Shown here one piece after another: positions 16,452 through 29,755 of a stretch of DNA of 64,000 nt. Origin of the DNA: Eledone cirrhosa. Lineage: Eukaryota. The notes under the pieces are model-generated. The model was not told the origin of the DNA. It ran no database searches and was given only the letters and a program-made list of their open reading frames with translations. Numbering within the stretch: position 1 is the first letter of the stretch; each line of letters begins with the position of its first letter. The stretch lies in NCBI GenBank assembly GCA_964016885.1, contig CAXHJY010000547.1, positions 1 to 64,000 of the forward strand, given 5' to 3'. The translations under genes were made by a program, and so were the position numbers.

Positions 16452-16780
16452 GTATGTAGATATGTATATATATATATATATGTATATATGTATATGTATA
16501 TATATATATGTATATATATATGTATATATATATGTATATGTATATATATATATGTATATATATATATGTATGTATATATATATGTATGTATATATATATG
16601 TATGTATATATATATATGTATATATATGTATATATGTATATATATATATGTATATATATATGTATATATATATGTATATATATATATGTATATATATATG
16701 TATGTATGTATGTATGTATATATATATATATATGTATGTATATATATATATATATGTATGTATATATATATATATATGTA

Positions 16781-16816
<36 letters not shown>

Positions 16817-17108
16817 TATATATATGTATGTATATATATATATATATGTATGTATATATATATGTATGTATATATATATGTATGTATATATATATGTATG
16901 TATATATATATGTATGTATATATATATGTATGTATATATATATGTATGTATATATATGTATATGTATGTATATATATATGTATGTATATATATATGTATG
17001 TATATATATATGTATGTATATATATATGTATGTATATATATATGTATGTATATATATGTATATGTATGTATATATATGTATATGTATGTATATATATATA
17101 TATGTATG

Positions 17109-17143
<35 letters not shown>

Positions 17144-17148
17144 GTATG

Positions 17149-17182
<34 letters not shown>

Positions 17183-17190
17183 TATGTATG

Positions 17191-17255
<65 letters not shown>

Positions 17256-17406
17256 GTATATATATATATGTGTATATATATATATGTATATATATATATG
17301 TATATATATGTGTATATATATATGTATGTATATATATATATATATGTATGTATATATATATATGTGTATATATATATGTATGTATATATATATATATATA
17401 TGTATG

Positions 17407-17437
<31 letters not shown>

Positions 17438-17468
17438 GTATGTATATATATATATGTATATATATATG

Positions 17469-17503
<35 letters not shown>

Positions 17504-17562
17504 GTATATATATATATGTATGTATATATATATATGTATATATATATATATGTATATATATG

Positions 17563-17593
<31 letters not shown>

Positions 17594-17650
17594 GTATATA
17601 TATGTATATATATATGTATATATATGTATATATATGTATATATATATATG

Positions 17651-17681
<31 letters not shown>

Positions 17682-17692
17682 GTATATATATG

Positions 17693-17821
<129 letters not shown>

Positions 17822-17918
17822 GTATATATATGTATATATGTATATATATATATATGTATATATATGTATATATATATATATGTATATATATGTATATATA
17901 TATATATGTATATATATG

Positions 17919-17983
<65 letters not shown>

Positions 17984-17994
17984 GTATATATATG

Positions 17995-18025
<31 letters not shown>

Positions 18026-18078
18026 GTATATATATGTATATATATATATGTATATATATATATGTATATATATATATG

Positions 18079-18109
<31 letters not shown>

Positions 18110-18154
18110 GTATATATATATGTATATATATGTATATGTATATATATGTATATA

Positions 18155-18199
<45 letters not shown>

Positions 18200-18638
18200 G
18201 TATATATATATATATGTATGTATATATGTATATATGTATATATATATATATATGTATATGTATATATGTATATATATGTATATATGTATATATATATATA
18301 TATGTATATGTATATATGTATATATATGTATATGTATATATGTATATATATATATATGTTTAGCAGTGTAAAGTTACAGATAAAAAGAGGTTACAAAAGG
18401 GAATGTGCCATTGCGCCGTTAAGCCGGCGAGGCTAGGGGTGCAATATCTCACTGTTACATTATGCGTGTTGCTGGCTTGAAGTTTCCGGTACAAGAGCGA
18501 GATTCTTCAAATCTTCGCGGTGAATTTCTTCCTCAGGGCGCGTAGGGATACATCCTCTTCTACTGGCGCTGATTGGCTGAACTGAGCCAAATCACGCACA
18601 GAGAATGTATGTGAGCCCGCGGAATGTAGGTCACTACA

Positions 18639-18650
18639 TCACCTCCAACC
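18639..18650 (-). other. Polypurine-tract-like site of the LTR element
   Basis: Minus strand GGTTGGAGGTGA immediately precedes the TGTAG start of the 3' LTR. Confidence 0.55.
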
Positions 18651-20198
18651 AGATTTTCAGCCGAAAATCGATAACGAAGAAACCAAGGACTCACATATTA
18701 AATCAGCAAGAACAAATGCTGAAAGAGCACATCAGGGAAAAAAATAATTGAGCAGAAGGTTGCATGCAAGAACAGAAAATGAGGTGCTACGGGCCGTGTT
18801 GAGCCGCTGTGTCAAATGACCAGTTGTTTTGTTGTTTATACGTGACCGCCAAAGGTCTAACAAAAAGCGGATAAAGTCTGACATGGGCGAAGTTGCTGTT
18901 CTTGCATTAAATGTTAACGGTAAGCGTTGTACCAGTTGCTGTGAACGAAGCTATTATGGTAGTTTACCAGTGCTGGCGAGAAAATGATGGCCCCCAGATG
19001 TATTGTCGAATGTGTTGTGGAGCCAGGAAAAAATGGCTGGTTGCTTTGTAAAGAACAAAAGGCAAGTTTAATTTGTAGGTGGGTTGCAGTGTAAATTCCA
19101 TAATTTGGGCGAATCCACAGAAGTGGCCGAAATGCTAACAAGTCCAGTTCAATTTGTTGCTTTCCCAGCGAGTCGGGCAAAAACAACAAGACGGATGGCC
19201 GTCATGGACGATCAGTGTGCAACGAGATGCGAAGCTGTTTGAGTTCAGCGGCAATTAGTATTCTCGTGTTGCGGTGACTGTTTGAATCCAGTGGATTAAG
19301 CTCTGTGAGCTGCCAGCATCTCAACCAGGTGAAAAGGGACTCCCAGAATATTACGTTTGAAGAACATATACCAAGAACAACATGTTGGTGTGTGATAAAA
19401 AAAATGTGTGCATATGCAGGCATGTAAAACAGCAAAGAATGTGAATGAACAAAAACCATGAGCAAGCAAATAGCAAAAGAGCACAAAAGTAAATGCATTC
19501 TACAAAGAAATATGTGAATGTAACAAACTGATAATTCAAAGTCAATCTATGGGAGCAGAGAAATTGCTCAATAAGTTCAAAGTTTTTCAAAGTCAAATAG
19601 TTCACACATCACCAGTGTACAGACACTAGTTCTATCTGAAAACTGAAAAAGAAGTTTGTTAATGCCGTTAGGGGTTAGATGTATGGTGTTTTTGTGAGAT
19701 TTCGTGGCCATTTTCCCGTCCCGCCACACGGTTGTGTTGCTTCTTGTTAAAGCAAAGTCAAGGAATCTTCTGTAGAGTAGGAGTCACCAAATATGGCAGT
19801 CACGTCTGACGCCATAATGGTGAGAAAACTACTGTCTCAATTTCTCGCGTCCCTGTGGTAACGAGACAGAAGGTATGGTGGTTGCGTCGGTAAGGTTACA
19901 AGCCGTTTCGAAATTTCCGATGTGTGGTGGTTGGCGTCGGTAAGGTTATGAAGCTGCCACTCACTGTTCCCTGTATTGGTCAGTGGTTAAACAACGCTGT
20001 CACTGCTGCTGTCCTTGTTGTTGTCAAGCGTAGCCATGACATGTCGGTAGCCATCTTGAAATTTTTTCGTGGCGAAAAAGTTTTTGAAATACTGCTAATT
20101 TTTCAAAAATCTTAAAAGGAATATTCTGGATTTTCGCAAGTTGCGACGTGGCAATAAAAGTTAAACTGAATGAATAAGAAGGGCTGCGTGATATTCTT

Positions 20199-20211
20199 AC
20201 GTCGGTCACCA
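20199..20211 (-). other. Primer-binding site, tRNA-Trp-like
   Basis: Minus strand TGGTGACCGACGT just after the 5' LTR, versus the canonical Trp PBS TGGTGACCCCGACGT (2-nt deletion). Confidence 0.7.
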
Positions 20212-20533
20212 CTTTAGCAGTATAAAGTTACAGATAAAAAGCGGTTACAAAAGGGAATGCGCCGTTAAGCCGGCGAGGCTAGGGGTGCAATATCTCACTG
20301 TTACATTATGCGTATTGCTGGCTTGAAGTTTCCGGTACAAGCTAGAGATTCTTCAAATCTTCGCGGGGAATTTCTTCCTCAGGGCGCGTAGGGATACATC
20401 CTCTTCTACTGGCGCTGATTAGCTGAACTGAGCCAAATCACGCACAGAGAATGTATGTGAGCCCGCGGAATGTAGGTCACTACATATGTATATGTATATA
20501 TATATACATATGTATATATATATATGTATATAA

Positions 20534-21381
20534 CATCATCATCATCATCATCGTTTAACGTCCGTGTTCCATGCTTGCATGGGTTTGGACGGGAGTTTTC
20601 CCACTTGAGGCAAGAGTGGTTGTCTTGCTCGCATAGGACTGTCTGGCGGGTTTTCTACAGTTGGATGCCCTTCCTAACACCAACCACATTTACAGTGTGG
20701 GGCTGGGAGGTTTTTACCGTGTTGCCTACACGGCCACATTACAGCGTGGACTGTCTGGCAGGTTTTCTACAGCTGGATGCCCTTCCTAACACCAACCACA
20801 TTTACAGCGTGGGACTGGGACGTTTTTACCGTGTTGCCTACACGGTCACATTACAGCGTGGACTGTGTCTTTTTTTGTCGTGACACCTACACGATCTCAT
20901 TTGTTTCGGCCTGGCTTTTGTGGCACCAACATAACTTTACATTGAAAGGGGCGGTGTGGTGGGACGGGGGTGTATTTTGTTAGAGATGCCTACTGACTGT
21001 AGTAGGTTTTACTTTGTATTTAGGTAACGCGGGTCTTCACTGTTACTGAGTACCGCCAAAGGTCTCGGTCCAGTGACATTGTCTTGGAGAGGTGTAAGTG
21101 TGTGAGGTCGGAATTTATCAGCTCGTCCCAGGTTTTTCTTGGTCTGCCTACTCCGTGGCTACCATCTATCTTTATTGCCCTGCACTTTGTTATACAGCTG
21201 TCGTCTTTCATGCGCATCACGTGACCATACCAACGTAGCCTTCTCTCGAGTAAACAACATCTGATCCCTCTTATTTCTAATTTTTTCCTTAGTTCGTTTA
21301 TGCTTTGCCGTTCGCGTATATTACTATTACACATCCAGCGGAGCATGCAAGCTTCGTTCCTCTCTAGTCTGCGTATATCCT
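20534..21381 (-). mobile_element. 5'-truncated RTE A1 with an internal tandem duplication in its 3'UTR
   Basis: [17 protein letters not shown]...TRVT stop; the GGACTGTCTGGC...TTACAGCGT segment occurs twice (about 20635-20860). Confidence 0.92.
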
Positions 21382-21532
21382 GCGTATATATATATATATA
21401 CATATGTATATATATATATGTATATATATATATGTATATATATATATGTATATGTATATATATATACATATGTATATATATATATGTATATATGTATATA
21501 TATATATGTATATGTATATATATATACATATG

Positions 21533-21577
<45 letters not shown>

Positions 21578-21840
21578 GTATATATATATATGTATATATG
21601 TATGTATATGTATATATATATATGTATATATATATATATGTATATATGTATGTATATATATATATATGTATATGTGTATGTATATATATATATATGTATA
21701 TGTGTATGTATATATATATATATGTATATGTATATGTATATATATATATGTATATATATATATGTATATATATATGTATGTATATATATATATATGTATA
21801 TATGTATGTATATATATATATATGTATATATATATGTATG

Positions 21841-21874
<34 letters not shown>

Positions 21875-21882
21875 TGTATGTA

Positions 21883-21916
<34 letters not shown>

Positions 21917-21955
21917 TATATGTATATATATATATATGTATATATATATATGTGT

Positions 21956-21996
<41 letters not shown>

Positions 21997-22506
21997 TGTA
22001 TGTATATATGTATATATATATGTATATATATATATATGTATGTATATATATATGTATGTATATATGTATATATATATATGTATGTATATATATATGTATG
22101 TATATATATCATCATCATCAACATCATCAACGTTTAACGTCCGTGTTCCACGCTTGCATGGGTTTGGACGGGGGTAGTCCCACTTGAGGCAAGAGTGATT
22201 GTCTTGCTCGCATAGGACTGTCTGGCAGGTTTTCTACAGTTGGATGCCCTTCCTAACACCAACCACATTTACAGTGTGGGTCTGGGAGGTTTTTACCGTG
22301 TTGCCTACACGGCCACATTACAGCGTGGACTGTGTGTTTTTTTGTCGTGACACCTACACGATCTCATTTGTTTCGGCCTCGATGGCGCGGCACCAACATA
22401 ACTTTACATAGAACGGGGTGGTGTGGATGGGGTGGGGGTGGTGGTGGTGGGACGGGGTGTATTTTGTTAGAGATGCCTACTGGCTGGAGTAGGTTTTACT
22501 ATATAT

Positions 22507-25482
22507 TTAGGTAAGGCGGGTCTTCTCTGTTACTGAGTACCGCCAAAGGTCTCGGTCCAGTGACATTGTCTTGGAGAGGTGTAAGTGTGTGATGTCGGAG
22601 TTTATCAGCTCGTCCCAGGTTTTTCTAGGTCTGCCTATTCCGTGACTACCGTCTATCTTTATTGCCCTGCACTTTGTTATACAGCTATCGACTTTCATGC
22701 GCATCACGTGTCCATACCAACGTAGCCTTCTCTCGAGTAAACAACATCTGATCCCTCTTATCTCTAATTTTTTCCTTAGTTCGTTTATGCTTTGCCGTTC
22801 ACGTATATTACTGTTACACATCCAGCGGAGCATGCAAGTTTCGTTCCTCTCTAGTCTGCGTATATCCTCTGCACACAATGCCCAGGTCTCACTGCCATGC
22901 AGCATTGCTGTTCGTATGCAGGCATCGTACAACCTGCCTTTCATTTTTAGTGAGAACCCTTTAGCAGCTAATAGTGGTATAAGCTCTCTGAACTTTTTCC
23001 AACCAGTTCTGACTCTAGCTACAGTACTTTCAAAGCACCCTCCCCCACTGCTGATTTTATCGCCCAGGTAACGGAAGCTGTCCACTATTTCTATGGAACC
23101 CTCTGCGCAATTGAAAGAGCTAGTATTTTGTGGGCACTTGCTGCTACTTATTGCACCAGAGCACCGGCCACATGTAAAATCTATGTTCTTAGTTAGCTTA
23201 CCTGTGATCCCACTACATCTTTTATGCACCCATACTTTGCATTTAGGACATAAAATGGAGTTTCTACCTACGCCTTTCCTACACACCGAGCACGACCATT
23301 TCCCAGAAGGGACCACCGCCTTGTTTTCTTTCCTACAAACTAGTACTTTGGTCTTAGCCAGGTTAATTTTAAGTCCTTTTGACTCTAGGCCGTGCTTCCA
23401 TGTTTGGAATTTCTTCTCTAGCTCGGCCATTGATTCCGCTATGAGTGTCAGGTCGTCTGCGTATAGGAGTTCCCATGGGCAGCCGGTCTTGAACTCCTCT
23501 GTTATAGCCTGAAGGGCAATAATAAATAGTAGGGGGCTAAGAACATAGCCCTGATGGACGCCAACTTTTACGCTAAACTCTTCACTATATTCGTTGTTAA
23601 TTCTAACCTTGCTGACTGTTTCTTTATACATGGCTTGTATAGCCCTCACAAGCCATTCGTCAACGCCTAATTTTCTAAGAGCCCACCAGATAATGGAGCG
23701 GGGGACTCTGTCGAAGGCTTTCTCCAAGTCGACAAAAGCTAAGTAGAGGGGTTTACCTTTAGCTAGGTACTTCTCCTGTAGTTGTCGTACTATGAAAAGA
23801 GCGTCTGTGGTACTTTTGCCTGACACAAACCCGAACTGCATTTCATCTAGGTCAATTCTCTCTCTGATTAGTTGCGCTATTACTTTTTCCGTGACCTTCA
23901 TGACCTGGTCGATTAATTTAATGCCTCTATAGTTACTCCTATCTAGGGCGTCTCCTTTACCCTTATAACAGTTAACGATGATGCTGCTATGCCAGTCCTT
24001 CGGAACAACCCCATTCTGTACGACTTGGTTAACTATGCGGGTGACCATGGTGTGTCCCACCGTGCCAGATGCCTTCAGCATCTCAGCAACTATTTCCGAA
24101 GGCCCAGCCGCCTTACCCGTCTTCATATCCTTGATTGCCTTACTTATTATACTCCCCTCGACTAACACTGCTGGTCCCTCTATTGGGCCGATATGGGGGA
24201 GACTGTCTTTCTCCCATTTATTCTCCTCATTTAGTAGCCTTTCATAGTGACACTTCCAAGCTACCTTCTTATCAGCGTCGGTGATGGCAAGTGTGCCATC
24301 GTCGTTTAGTACACACTTCTCCCCGACAATATCACGGTTTTCCTTGACGCATTGCCTAGCAATCCTGAACACTTCACGTTTTTGGTCATCGCGTTGTAGA
24401 ACATGCTTGAACTTTCTTTCCTCAGCTTCCCTTCTTGCTAAGTACACTTGTCTCCTAGCTTCCCTCCTGGCCACTTGATAGTCTTCTCTACTTCCCCCAT
24501 CCCGCCATACTTTCCAAGCCTGCTTTTTGGCCTTAATTGACCCCTCCACCTTACTGTTCCACCACCATGTTACTCTCCTCCTGCCTACAGGCCTGCTCCG
24601 GCCACAGACTTCGTCTGTCGCCAACAGCAGGTTTGCTTTCAGAAATTCCCACTCTCCCTCTATATTGTCCGACTCTAAATGTTCTTCCTTACTGTCGAAA
24701 GCATCAAGTAATATGCTTTGAAATTTATTCCTGGCTGTGGGGTCCTTTAGCTTCCATATTTTTCTCCTGAGAATAGTCCTCTTCTGCTGTCGAGTACGTC
24801 TCGTCCTGACTATGAGGTCGCTAATTATCAGTCTATGTTGGGAGGTGCATTCTTCATGGGGGAGGGATTTAGTGTTTACAACAGACACTCTGTCACGTCT
24901 TCTGGTAAGGATATAATCTACCTGGCTCGTGTGTTCCCCGGATCTATAGGTGATCAGGTGATTGTCACGTTTTTTGAAGTTAGTGTTACAGATAGTTAGG
25001 TTATTTGCATCACAGAATTCCAGGATTCTGGAGCCTTCCTCATTTCTAGTACCAAACCCATAGCCTCCATGGATTTCGTCGTAGCCGTCACAATGTTGTC
25101 CAACGTGACCATTTAGGTCGCCTGCGATAATTATATAGTCACTGTCGGATATTTGGGAGGTAGTTAGCATCAGTGTCTCATAGAATCTGTCTTTTATAGT
25201 GCCGGGCAGTCCGGATTGGGGTGCGTACGCAGATATTACTGTCACCGTAGTTCTATTGAGGACAAGTCGTATTTTAATTATTCTGTCGTTCACTCTATTT
25301 ACGTCTATTATCTTATCTGCCCACTTTTCTGCTACCATGATTCCTACTCCACCCAGCCCATCGTCGTTTCCCACCCAGAAAAGCTTATAACATCGTTTTT
25401 TACCCTCAATGAACCTAGCAGACCCACCCCTCCACCTGGTCTCTTGAATACAACAAACATCGACCTCCTTACGTTCAAGCAT
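22507..25482 (-). CDS. RTE polyprotein: AP-endonuclease + reverse transcriptase with inserted PHD-like finger (991 aa; the open frame extends ~37 codons upstream and includes FRVGTINVGTL)
   Basis: APE motifs IQETRW, SAYAPQ, GDLNGHVG, VDYIL, SQHR. RT motifs NYRGIKL, QFGF, FVDLEKAFD, GVHQG, LYADDL, FRYLG. RTE-type C-terminus LRWYGHVMR...GRPRKTW. Confidence 0.96.
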   Translation of the reverse strand: MLERKEVDVCCIQETRWRGGSARFIEGKKRCYKLFWVGNDDGLGGVGIMVAEKWADKIIDVNRVNDRIIKIRLVLNRTTVTVISAYAPQSGLPGTIKDRFYETLMLTTSQISDSDYIIIAGDLNGHVGQHCDGYDEIHGGYGFGTRNEEGSRILEFCDANNLTICNTNFKKRDNHLITYRSGEHTSQVDYILTRRRDRVSVVNTKSLPHEECTSQHRLIISDLIVRTRRTRQQKRTILRRKIWKLKDPTARNKFQSILLDAFDSKEEHLESDNIEGEWEFLKANLLLATDEVCGRSRPVGRRRVTWWWNSKVEGSIKAKKQAWKVWRDGGSREDYQVARREARRQVYLARREAEERKFKHVLQRDDQKREVFRIARQCVKENRDIVGEKCVLNDDGTLAITDADKKVAWKCHYERLLNEENKWEKDSLPHIGPIEGPAVLVEGSIISKAIKDMKTGKAAGPSEIVAEMLKASGTVGHTMVTRIVNQVVQNGVVPKDWHSSIIVNCYKGKGDALDRSNYRGIKLIDQVMKVTEKVIAQLIRERIDLDEMQFGFVSGKSTTDALFIVRQLQEKYLAKGKPLYLAFVDLEKAFDRVPRSIIWWALRKLGVDEWLVRAIQAMYKETVSKVRINNEYSEEFSVKVGVHQGYVLSPLLFIIALQAITEEFKTGCPWELLYADDLTLIAESMAELEKKFQTWKHGLESKGLKINLAKTKVLVCRKENKAVVPSGKWSCSVCRKGVGRNSILCPKCKVWVHKRCSGITGKLTKNIDFTCGRCSGAISSSKCPQNTSSFNCAEGSIEIVDSFRYLGDKISSGGGCFESTVARVRTGWKKFRELIPLLAAKGFSLKMKGRLYDACIRTAMLHGSETWALCAEDIRRLERNETCMLRWMCNSNIRERQSINELRKKLEIRGIRCCLLERRLRWYGHVMRMKVDSCITKCRAIKIDGSHGIGRPRKTWDELINSDITHLHLSKTMSLDRDLWRYSVTEKTRLT

Positions 25483-25779
25483 TTCTACAACCTCGTTAGC
25501 GCGACCCTTTAGGGTGCCTACATTTATGGTACCAACTCTGAAGTTTTGGATTGCGTTTGGGGGTTGGGGGCGGCAGGGGGCGATGGGGTTATGTTAGCCG
25601 TCCGCGGTCGAAACAATGAGGAGTGCTCGCATTCTCGTCCAAGAGGTGAATTTGTCTTTATCTTTGGCATTGTCGCTGAGCGTCCAGATTTTTCTCTCTC
25701 TCTCCTCCACTCTCCAGGATTCCGCAGTCCATCCATCCATCATATATCGAAAGGCAACCAGGCAAGCGATAGTATAGGC

Positions 25780-25875
25780 CTCTGGCTTCTGATTGGTCCG
25801 CGTAATAATACTGGTGATGCGTGGGGGCTCTGGCTTATGATTGGTCCACGTAATAGCAATGGTGGTGCGTGGGGG
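25780..25875 (-). promoter_or_regulatory. 48-bp tandem duplicate with two CCAAT boxes in the RTE 5' region (putative internal promoter)
   Basis: CTCTGGCTT(C/A)TGATTGGTCC...GCGTGGGGG x2; reads ACCAATCA on the element strand. Confidence 0.45.
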
Positions 25876-26040
25876 TGGGGGGGGGAGGGGGGGGGGGGTA
25901 GCTAGATAGAAGGTAATGATTGAATGGGGTCCTTGCATTTAACAAGCGATTAACAAAAATACAAAATTTGTTCTGTTCAATACGGCCAAGAACTTTCGTA
26001 TTTAACAATTAATAAATACAAAAAATGTAAGATATGTATG

Positions 26041-26116
<76 letters not shown>

Positions 26117-26279
26117 CATACATATATATATATATATATATACATACATATATATACATATATATACATATATATATATATATATACATACATATATATA
26201 TATATATATACATACATATATATATATATATATACATACATATATATATATATATATACATACATATATATATATATAT

Positions 26280-26410
<131 letters not shown>

Positions 26411-26657
26411 CATACACATATATACATATATATATATATACATATATATATACATATACATATATATAGATATATATGTATAGCAGCGATTCTTTGCTTA
26501 AACTTTAATCTGTTATTTTAATAAATATTTGCTCTACGGTTTTTATATATTTGATATATATTTTCCTTATCGAGCCCTCTTTGGATTTTAGTCTTCAATT
26601 TTATTATTATTACTATTTGGCTCCTTCGGTTGAGCACTCTACTGACTTATATTCATC

Positions 26658-28787
26658 ATGCAGAAACAACATCTGAATATTTCTATAAAGAACATACCCG
26701 TACCAAGCAGGAAAACATACTTAAAACTCCTGATACAGAAAACAGACGCGTTCATTAAAAGGTTGCGTTGGCGTGCCTTTTATTTCGATAATCCGCGAAA
26801 AGCAGACAACAAACAAGATAAATTTGGATTTAAAACCTATAATAACCCTCCGTGGAACCCAGCATTGCTACCCTTCGAAAATGATGTCTTGGAACTCATT
26901 CGGAGTATCAAATTTCGGAATAGGAGCAATTCCTTCCAGCAGGACCTGATGAATAGAATTCGTTCTATTAAGGATTCTAACGCCGTGCACGTCCATTCCG
27001 ACAAAACTGGCAACCTATATCAAGTGGAGCGCAGTACTTACCATCAACTACTACATAATGCTGTAACTAAGGATTACCGTAAAACTAATCGGTGTGTCAT
27101 CAATGAAATCAACGATGCTGGGTTTAAAATCACATCTGATCTCAACATCATGGACCGGACCGAACCTCTGGACCCTATCTCTCCCCACTTTACCCTGAAG
27201 GATCACAAATCCAATTTTCCGAACAACCCCTCTATTCGGCTTATTAACCCTACAAAGTCCGATTTAGGTAGACTTAGTAAAACGATTCTTGATAGAATTA
27301 TACCTGAAATTAGAAGTTTGGCCCCTCTCGCACTGTGGAACAATTCTTTCGCGGTGATTGATTGGTTCAACGGCATATGTAACAAGGAACATTGCCGTTT
27401 TATCCAATTCGACATCAACAATTACTACTCCTCCATCACTTTACCACTTCTCCTTAGAGCTATCAATTTCGCTAAAACACTCACAGTGGTTAAGGATTTC
27501 GAAGTTGATGTCATCCTTAATGCCCGAAAGTCGGTGATTAATTTCGACGACTCTATTTGGATTAAAAAATCCAATAGCACGCCATTCGACGTGAGTATGG
27601 GCGCCAGTGACTCTGCGGAGGTTACTGATCTTATTGGCCTTTTCCTTCTTTTCTCTATCAAGGACGAATTCCCCAACGCGGGCGGTGGTTTGTACCGTGA
27701 CGATGGTCTTTTGACCATGACTAAGTGCGGACCTCGTGCTTGCGACAGGTTCAGAAAAGAACTCACAGCCTTCTTTAAAGGCTTCATACTCTCTATACAG
27801 GTTGAGGCCAATCTCTCGGTCGTTAATTACCTCGACGTTACCCTCAATTTATTGAATGGGTTGTATTACCCGTATAGAAAGCCGAATGATACGCTTAATT
27901 ACATAAGTAAGCATTCCAACCATCCTGCCAGCATAACCAAGAACCTGGTAAAAAACGTTTCGTTGAGGCTTTCCCGTCTTTCCACCAACGAACGCATTTT
28001 CAACGACCATTCCACTTATTACAATGAAGCTCTTGCTCGAAGTGGATTTGTCGATAAAGTAGCTTATACAGTGTACGAAAATAGACGTAGAAGAAATAGA
28101 TCCCGTTGTATTTGTTGGTTTAACCCACCATATAATATGGAGGTGGCCACACCATTAGCTAAGATCTTTCTTTCCCTTATTACGAAGCATTTTCCACCTA
28201 CACATAAATATAGTAAAATTTTTAATAGAAATACTATTAAAATTTCTTACTCTACGACTCCTAACCTTACACATAACATCACAGCTTCAAATTTAGCTAA
28301 ACTACCTAGCAGTAGGAACACGTGCAACCCTGTAGTTAGTACTAACTGTAATTGTAGGAATCGGGCTGATTGCCCCCTATCCGGGAAATGCCTCTCTAGT
28401 AACATTGTCTACAAATGTTAGGTAGTAACACCCACGTCCAGTAGGGCCTACATAGGGTTAACCGCCAATAGTTTCAAGCAGCGTCTTTACATGCATACCC
28501 ATTCTTTTCGTTACCCTCTAAGAAGGAATATGACGTCACTTTCAGCTTATATCTGGAGTCTAAAAGACAACCACACCCAATATAAGTTACACTGGGAGAT
28601 CCTAGCTAGGGCTAGATCGTATTACGGAAATAAAAGACCATGTGACCTCTGCGCCGCCGAGGCCCTGGAAATACTCTATGCCACAGACCACATCTTAAAC
28701 AAAAAATCCGAGGCAATTTCGGCTTGTAAACATAAATTGCACAAAACTTTCCTGTATTACAGCCCCACGATATACCCCAACGGATAG
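26658..28787 (+). pseudogene. PLE RT/GIY-YIG ORF interrupted by one in-frame TAG (28419-28421)
   Basis: KNIP, DKTGN, FDINNYYSSI, MGA, LYRDDGL, NYLDV, CNCx5CPLxxKC, IVYKC*VV...YIG, CDLC...CKH. ORFs 26658-28421 and 28491-28787 are in the same frame. Confidence 0.9.
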
Positions 28788-29704
28788 CACGATCTATACG
28801 TGGATATTTTACGTCTTGATGCGGGAGCTAAGTATATGTTTTGTTTATTCCTTTACTTATTTGCATAGGTAAGTATATATTACCCGTATGTTTTGTGAAG
28901 GTATGTATACCTTCTCGTACGTATATTTGACTGTTATGGCGTATAATTTTTACATATTCTGGTATTTAGGGTTTGGCTATGTGTATACGGGAGTTTTGCG
29001 TCTGCGTGAGTATGCAGGTTCGTACGTATGGTGGGTGTGTGTATATGTGTACTTCTTGACTTACGTCTCCGAACATTCGTGGATTTATTTGTAGGTATGT
29101 GCGTGCGCTTGGTATATAAGTGTTTATTTACTTATATACGTTTATATAATTATTTATTTATTTGTACACAAGCATACACACACACATATTTATATGTGCG
29201 TGGTTTCGTAAACCTATGGTAAGGTTTTGCGGATGCTTGTGTATGTACGTATCTGTTTGCGTGTATGTATTTATTTGTTTCTATTACTTCTGTATTGTAT
29301 TTATTTACTTTGTTCTTAACTCTGTAGCGGAGATTCTTTTGGTCTCCTAGTTAGTATTTTAGTCTACGACTTCTGCTATACCATTTACGTGGTTTTGTCT
29401 TTGCGTGCTATTGTTCTCCACGCTCCACATATGACTTATTATCTTCGTTTCTTCGTTCATTGCCAGAGAACGTCTCTATGCACCACCTAAGAGAACATTA
29501 GTCTATGACCTCTTTTATACCATAAACGTGGTTCTGTCTTTGCGCGTAATTGTTTTTCACCGCTCCTATTAATGACGTATTATTCGTTTTTTCCCGTTCT
29601 TTGCCAGCGAACGTTTCCACGAACCAAAGTATCGTCTTCCTGTTTTCCTCCGGTTGCAACGTTGTTTGAAATATCCAGTTCTGCGTTTACAGATTGACTT
29701 TGTT

Positions 29705-29755
29705 AGTTTCAGAAGATCCCGTTAAGGGTGAAAGCAGCAATTCTTTGCTTAAACT
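29705..29755 (+). ncRNA. Variant hammerhead motif in the Naiad-like pseudo-LTR
   Basis: Stem I AGTTT/AAACT; core CAGAAGA (U4 replaced by A); stem II CCC/GGG closed by U.U; GAAA; stem III AGCA/TGCT; CUU triplet. Confidence 0.6.

Larger units (their letters stand above)
18357..20484 (-). mobile_element. Non-autonomous LTR retrotransposon (~2.1 kb, TRIM/LARD-like)
   Basis: Direct repeats 18357-18638 and 20213-20484; minus strand starts TGTAG and ends AAACA; PBS-like and PPT-like sites at the expected positions; no recognisable gag/pol. Confidence 0.85.
22109..26033 (-). mobile_element. Near full-length RTE-clade LINE (subfamily A1); 5' boundary approximate
   Basis: Single long APE-RT ORF, ~400-bp 3'UTR, (GAT)n tail, flanked by TA arrays. 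Confidence 0.92.

Noticed and set aside
18410-18545. Hammerhead in the LTR (plant-type retrozyme): minus-strand GCGCC-CTGAGGA...GAAAC...GGCGC
   Set aside because: A possible stem I and core exist, but the required U16.1 of the NUH triplet is absent and stem II does not close. Worth rechecking only on a family consensus.
28419-28421. Selenocysteine recoding, as reported for some Naiad elements
   Set aside because: The internal stop is TAG, not TGA, and is not at a Cys position; best explained as a nonsense mutation.
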